The position numbers were made by a program, and so were the translations under genes. The notes under the pieces were generated by a model. The model did no database searches, had not been told where the DNA came from, and saw only the letters and a program-made list of their open reading frames with translations. Shown in pieces: positions 60,018-64,000 of a stretch of DNA of 64,000 bases; position 1 is the stretch's first letter, and the number at the start of each line of letters is the position of its first letter. Origin of the DNA: Vicinamibacterales bacterium (GTDB taxonomy: Bacteria > Acidobacteriota > Vicinamibacteria > Vicinamibacterales > SCN-69-37). The DNA is taken from assembly GCA_046597705.1 (NCBI GenBank), contig JBKJJZ010000510.1:699-64698 (forward strand), written 5' to 3'.

Positions 60018-60739
60018 TTGGCCTTGTTGAGTGCGTCCACGACGGCCCAGTAGAGGGCGTTCGCGCTTTGCGTGGCGCCGCTGACGTAGTCCACGTCGGG
60101 ACCCTGGCGCGTCACCACCTGCGCGGGGAGATGGTTAATCCACGAACAGGAGTAGTTCGTCCAGCACTGCGCGATGGCCACGTTCACGATGCGGCCGTTC
60201 TCGATCTTGACGGACGCCTGGATTTCTCCATGGCGCGAGGTGCCCCAGCCCAGGTATGTGCCGTCGGCGTAGACCTCCTTCGGCATGCGCAAAGCAGGCG
60301 CGGGGGTCTCTTCAGGTTTTGTCACGGGCGCAGAGGCCGGCGTTGAAGTCACCACGACAGCCGGTGAGGGCACGGGCGTCGGCGGTACGTAGGGCGTCCC
60401 TTCAGGGGCGCCGGGTACGTAGGGCGTCCCTTTAGGGGCGCCGGGTACATAGGGCGTCCCTTCAGGGGCGCCACCAGAGACTCCGGTTTCACGTACAGCA
60501 ACCGCCGCAGGAGGCTCGACAGGTACCGGCGACGTCAATTCCCCTGCTGTAGCACGTGCCGGCATCGCCGGAGGTCGATCGTTGGTGGCGTCCTCGATGC
60601 GTTGCGCGGCCGCGCGCGTCTTCATGAACCCCGCGGCGTAGACCACCAGGATGGCCGCGGAACTCAGCGTGACGAGGCTGTTGGCGATCTTCTTGTTCGC
60701 AGCGGCACCGGGGGCCATGTGATGGCCGGCATTATACAA
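60014..60739 (-). CDS. Membrane-anchored FMN-binding-domain protein (ApbE flavinylation substrate)
   Basis: N-terminal TM anchor, Pro-rich linker, and FMN_bind-like domain YADGTYLGWGTSRHGEIQASVKIENGRIV...DVDYVSGATQSANAL (the SGAT flavinylation motif). Confidence 0.75.
   Translation of the reverse strand: MYNAGHHMAPGAAANKKIANSLVTLSSAAILVVYAAGFMKTRAAAQRIEDATNDRPPAMPARATAGELTSPVPVEPPAAVAVRETGVSGGAPEGTPYVPGAPKGTPYVPGAPEGTPYVPPTPVPSPAVVVTSTPASAPVTKPEETPAPALRMPKEVYADGTYLGWGTSRHGEIQASVKIENGRIVNVAIAQCWTNYSCSWINHLPAQVVTRQGPDVDYVSGATQSANALYWAVVDALNKAK
60385..60472 (+). repeat. Three tandem 30-bp REP-like units lying in-frame inside the FMN-binding-protein gene
   Basis: gtacgtagggcgtcccttcaggggcgccgg occurs three times (period 30 bp). 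On the coding (minus) strand it translates as GAPEGTPYVP GAPKGTPYVP GAPEGTPYVP. Confidence 0.9.
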
Positions 60740-60858
60740 TCCGGATCATGACTGTCAGAGAACTGCTGGCCACGGTGGCTGAGGTGATGCGCCTCATGTA
60801 CCGCGACCCGCCAGCCGCTTGACTGCCCGCGCCAAGGTCTCCGGTCGGAGACCATAAG

Positions 60859-60893
60859 AAATTGGGCAATGGGGCAATGGGGCAATGAGGCGA
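60859..60893 (+). repeat. (AATGGGGC)n octamer array ~40 nt upstream of the peptidase gene
   Basis: Sequence is aaattgggcaatggggcaatggggcaatgaggcga. Confidence 0.85.
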
Positions 60894-60930
60894 GCATCCG
60901 CAGCTTCCGCCAACGCGAAGATCGCGCACA

Positions 60931-63114
60931 ATGTCCCATATGTTCCGACCTTCAGCCCTCGTCCTCCCGTCCCTCGTTGTTGCCTCATGTTTCGCGGCGT
61001 CGCTGGCCGCGCAGGACGAGGCCAAACCTCCCGTCGGTTTTTCGAAAGCCTCCGCTGATGCGATGGCCAGGTATGAGCGGATTGTGCTCGACACTCCGCT
61101 GGCCGAGAACACACGCAAGTGGCTGGAGGCGCTGACCGAGCAGCCGCACGTCGCAGGCACACCGGCGGAGAAGAAGGTGGCCGATTACGTCAGGGACCGC
61201 CTGACCGAGTTCGGTCTCTCTGTCGAGACGGTCAAGTACGACGTCTTTCTCAACCACCCCAGGCTGGTATCGTTGACGATGACCTCGCCGTCTCGGGAGG
61301 AACTGTCGCTCAAGGAAGACGTGTATCCGCAGGATACGGCGGCCAGCTCGCGCGGGCAGTTCCCGGCATTTCACGGCTATGGGGCATCGGGCGTCGCCAG
61401 CGGTCAAGTCATCTATGTCAACTACGGCTCGCCCGCCGATCACGAGCGCCTGAAGGCGCTGGGACTTTCAGTGGAAGGCAAGATCGCCCTGGTCCGATAT
61501 GGCGGGGCGTTCCGCGGCCTGAAGGTGAAGGAAGCCCAGGAGCATGGCGCGATCGGCGTGTTGATCTATTCGGATCCCGCGGATGACGGCTACATGCGAG
61601 GCGACGTTTACCCGAACGGCCCGATGCGTCCGCCGTCGGCAATCCAGCGCGGGTCTGTGCAGTATCTGTCCATCCAGCCCGGTGACCCATCAACACCTGG
61701 CGGCATCCCGTCCACCGACGGCGCAAAGCGCATTACGCGCGACCAGATGAACAACGTTCCGAAGATTCCATCGCTGCCGATCGCGTATCGCGAGGCGGAG
61801 AAGCTGCTGCGCAATCTCGGTGGACCTCGCGTGCCGAATGAGTGGCAGGGTGGATTGCCGTTTTCCTATCACGTCGGCCCGGGTGGCGCATCGGTTGAGA
61901 TGAAGGTTGAGATGGACGAGGGACTCAAGCCCATCTACAACGTGATGGCCACCATTCCTGGCACCACCGATCAGGTACTCGTGGTCGGCAATCACCGCGA
62001 TGCGTGGACGCCAGGCGCCATTGATCCAAATTCGGGAACGGCCACCATGCTGGAAGTGGCGCGGTCCTTTGGCCTTGCTCTGAAGGCGGGCTGGAAACCA
62101 AAGCGCACGATCATTCTCGGGTCATGGGACGCCGAAGAGTACGGTCTGGTGGGCTCCACGGAGTGGGCAGAGGCCAATGCGGCGATGCTGTCGCAGAAGG
62201 CCGTGGCGTACCTGAACCTCGACTCGGCCGTGTCGGGGCCGGACTTCAGTGCGTCAGGTGTGCCTTCGCTGCGTGATGTCATGCGTGAAGTCGCCAGGGC
62301 GATTCCCAGTCCAGCCAAAACCGGCAGTGTGGGCAGCGTGTGGGAGGGCAAGGCAAAGTCCGCATGGGCGCTCAGAACGCCCGTCACCGTCGGTAGTCCC
62401 GACCGTGAGTTCGACCAGCAACTGGACCGCCTCGGCTCGGGTTCCGACTACACCGCGTTCCTCGACTTCCTGGGTGTGCCTGCCACCGACATGGGTTTCG
62501 GCGGCAGCTCCGGTGTGTATCACTCGGTCTACGACAACTTCCGCTGGATGTCGCTCTACGGCGATCCGGACTTTCTCTACCACCAGGCAGCCGCCCGGTT
62601 GATGGGGTTGCTCACGATGAGAATCGCGTCGGCGGATGTGGCGCCGCTGCGCTTCTCGAGTTATTCGCGCGCGTTGCGCGAAGATCTCGATGAAATACGC
62701 ACAGATGTCACGAGGCGGGCACGCACGGCGGCAGGCACTCCATTCCTTCCTGACTTCGCGCCGATCGTAACCGCGCTGACTGAACTTGAAGTGGCGGGCG
62801 TCGCGGCTGATGCTGCGTCCGATCGCGTGGCCGCGTCAGGCAATGCGGCGGCCGCCGTGCGGATCAGCGACGCGCTCAGTCAGGTGGAACGCGCGTTCCT
62901 GCATCCGGACGGACTGCCGGGGCGTCCGTGGTTCAAGCATCAGCTGATTGGACCCGGACTCACCACCGGATACGCACCGTGGCCATACCCGGCGTTACGC
63001 GAGGCCGTTGAAAAGAAAGACCTCGCGATGTTCGGTGCTGAATTGAAGAAGGTGGTGGTCGCCATTCAAGCCGGGACGGCCAGGCTGAAACTGGCTGCCG
63101 CGGTTCGTCCTTGA
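60931..63114 (+). CDS. M28 family peptidase, glutamate-carboxypeptidase-II/transferrin-receptor-like (PA + M28 + dimerisation domains)
   Basis: Signal peptide. Motifs PHVAGTPAEKKVADYV, GKIALVRYGG, GNHRDAW, SWDAEEYGLVGSTEW, SDYTAFL and YHSVYD, plus a C-terminal helical domain. Confidence 0.85.
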   Translation: MSHMFRPSALVLPSLVVASCFAASLAAQDEAKPPVGFSKASADAMARYERIVLDTPLAENTRKWLEALTEQPHVAGTPAEKKVADYVRDRLTEFGLSVETVKYDVFLNHPRLVSLTMTSPSREELSLKEDVYPQDTAASSRGQFPAFHGYGASGVASGQVIYVNYGSPADHERLKALGLSVEGKIALVRYGGAFRGLKVKEAQEHGAIGVLIYSDPADDGYMRGDVYPNGPMRPPSAIQRGSVQYLSIQPGDPSTPGGIPSTDGAKRITRDQMNNVPKIPSLPIAYREAEKLLRNLGGPRVPNEWQGGLPFSYHVGPGGASVEMKVEMDEGLKPIYNVMATIPGTTDQVLVVGNHRDAWTPGAIDPNSGTATMLEVARSFGLALKAGWKPKRTIILGSWDAEEYGLVGSTEWAEANAAMLSQKAVAYLNLDSAVSGPDFSASGVPSLRDVMREVARAIPSPAKTGSVGSVWEGKAKSAWALRTPVTVGSPDREFDQQLDRLGSGSDYTAFLDFLGVPATDMGFGGSSGVYHSVYDNFRWMSLYGDPDFLYHQAAARLMGLLTMRIASADVAPLRFSSYSRALREDLDEIRTDVTRRARTAAGTPFLPDFAPIVTALTELEVAGVAADAASDRVAASGNAAAAVRISDALSQVERAFLHPDGLPGRPWFKHQLIGPGLTTGYAPWPYPALREAVEKKDLAMFGAELKKVVVAIQAGTARLKLAAAVRP

Positions 63115-63134
63115 TGCGCCTTCCCGTCAACACC

Positions 63135-64000
63135 TCATTTCACCTCGTCCCAAATCTTGTGCTGGTGGGTCTCCTTCAGGAGCAGAGAGCCCACGATGAA
63201 CGTGATGAGCGCCACTCCGATCGGGTAGTAGAGCCCCGCGTAAATGTTGCCGGTGCTCGCAACGATGGAGAGACCGATGAGCGGGAGCAGTCCGCCGAAG
63301 ACGCCGTTGCCGATGTGGTAGGGCAGCGAGAGCGCGGTGTATCGAATCCTTGCAGGGAACGCTTCAACCAGGTACGCCGCAATAGGACCGTAGACCATGG
63401 TCACGAACACGACCTGCAGGAAGACCAGGCCGATCAGCTTCCAGGCGGCGGGCGTCGAGGCCAGCTCCGGCAGGCTTCGGAACGTCAGGACCTCGGCCGC
63501 CGGCGCCAGTGCGCCATTCACCATCGCCTGAGGCGTGAGGCTCAGCGCACCCGTGACCGGATGGCGCTGCGAAAGCACGCTGACGACCCCGGATCCGGCC
63601 ACGCGTTGCATCGCGTGATAGATGGGGATGTAGGAAACCGCCGCGAGGAGGCAGCCGGCCATCATCAACCGTTTGCGGCCGAAGCGATCCGACAGACTGC
63701 CCATCACCACGAACAGCGGCATGCCCAGCAAGAGGGCGCCCGCGACAATATAGTTGGCGGACGTCGAGTGCACCTTGAGAATCGTCTGCAGGTAGAAGAG
63801 CGCGTAAAACTGGCCCGTATACCAGATCACGCCCTGGCCCGCGGTAGCGCCGAAGAGGGAAATGAGCACGCGCTTGAGATTGGTCCACTCGGTGAAGGCT
63901 TCCTTGAGCGGCGTCACTGAGCGCATGCCCGTGCTCTTGATGTGGTTGAAGATGGGGGACTCTTCCATCCGCAGGCGGATATAGAGCGAGATGCCGACGA
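63135..64000 (-). CDS. MFS transporter, MHS (ProP-like metabolite:H+ symporter) family; N-terminal part lies beyond the window
   Basis: The frame stays open upstream of the M at 63968 up to base 64000 (…VGISLYIRLRMEESPIF…). Motifs LSDRFGRKRLMMAG and PARIRYTALSLPYHIGNGVFGG. Confidence 0.8.
   Translation of the reverse strand, partial: VGISLYIRLRMEESPIFNHIKSTGMRSVTPLKEAFTEWTNLKRVLISLFGATAGQGVIWYTGQFYALFYLQTILKVHSTSANYIVAGALLLGMPLFVVMGSLSDRFGRKRLMMAGCLLAAVSYIPIYHAMQRVAGSGVVSVLSQRHPVTGALSLTPQAMVNGALAPAAEVLTFRSLPELASTPAAWKLIGLVFLQVVFVTMVYGPIAAYLVEAFPARIRYTALSLPYHIGNGVFGGLLPLIGLSIVASTGNIYAGLYYPIGVALITFIVGSLLLKETHQHKIWDEVK

Overview
High-GC (about 65-70% by eye) chromosomal segment, most likely from an Acidobacteriota-type genome. 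Supporting this: two PadR + ADOP-type duplicated MacB/FtsX permease pairs, a Hanks kinase fused to a TolB-like propeller, and many secreted peptidases and amidohydrolases. I call about 55 protein genes, densely packed and often joined by overlapping stop/start codons. I saw no rRNA, tRNA, CRISPR array, transposase or integrase. All domain calls come from motif recognition by eye in the supplied translations; no database search was run.

Main content:
- A complete quinohemoprotein amine dehydrogenase cluster (qhpG-A-D-C-B-F-E, 22.5-31.2 kb).
- A seven-gene translationally coupled operon led by an out-of-context uppS (35.1-40.8 kb).
- An FMN-bind/ApbE/RnfD-like flavinylation module (58.3-60.7 kb).
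- A MazF/RHH toxin-antitoxin pair.
- An ADOP permease gene broken by a perfect 25-bp tandem duplication.

Best candidate for an undescribed system: a tightly coupled minus-strand trio at 40.9-46.7 kb. It encodes a caspase-like protease with an unknown C-terminal half, a small lipase-like alpha/beta hydrolase, and a 1085-aa TPR-like/CHAT protease. This looks like a protease-gated death or immunity module.

Two unannotated repeat families populate the intergenic DNA:
- A REP-like hairpin (GTAGGGCGTCCCTTCAGGGGCGCC) with a doubly compensated stem variant and in-frame copies inside two genes.
- (AATGGGGC)n octamer arrays, one forming a perfect 40-bp inverted repeat.

Many long ORFs in the six-frame track are GC-driven antisense artefacts and were rejected.
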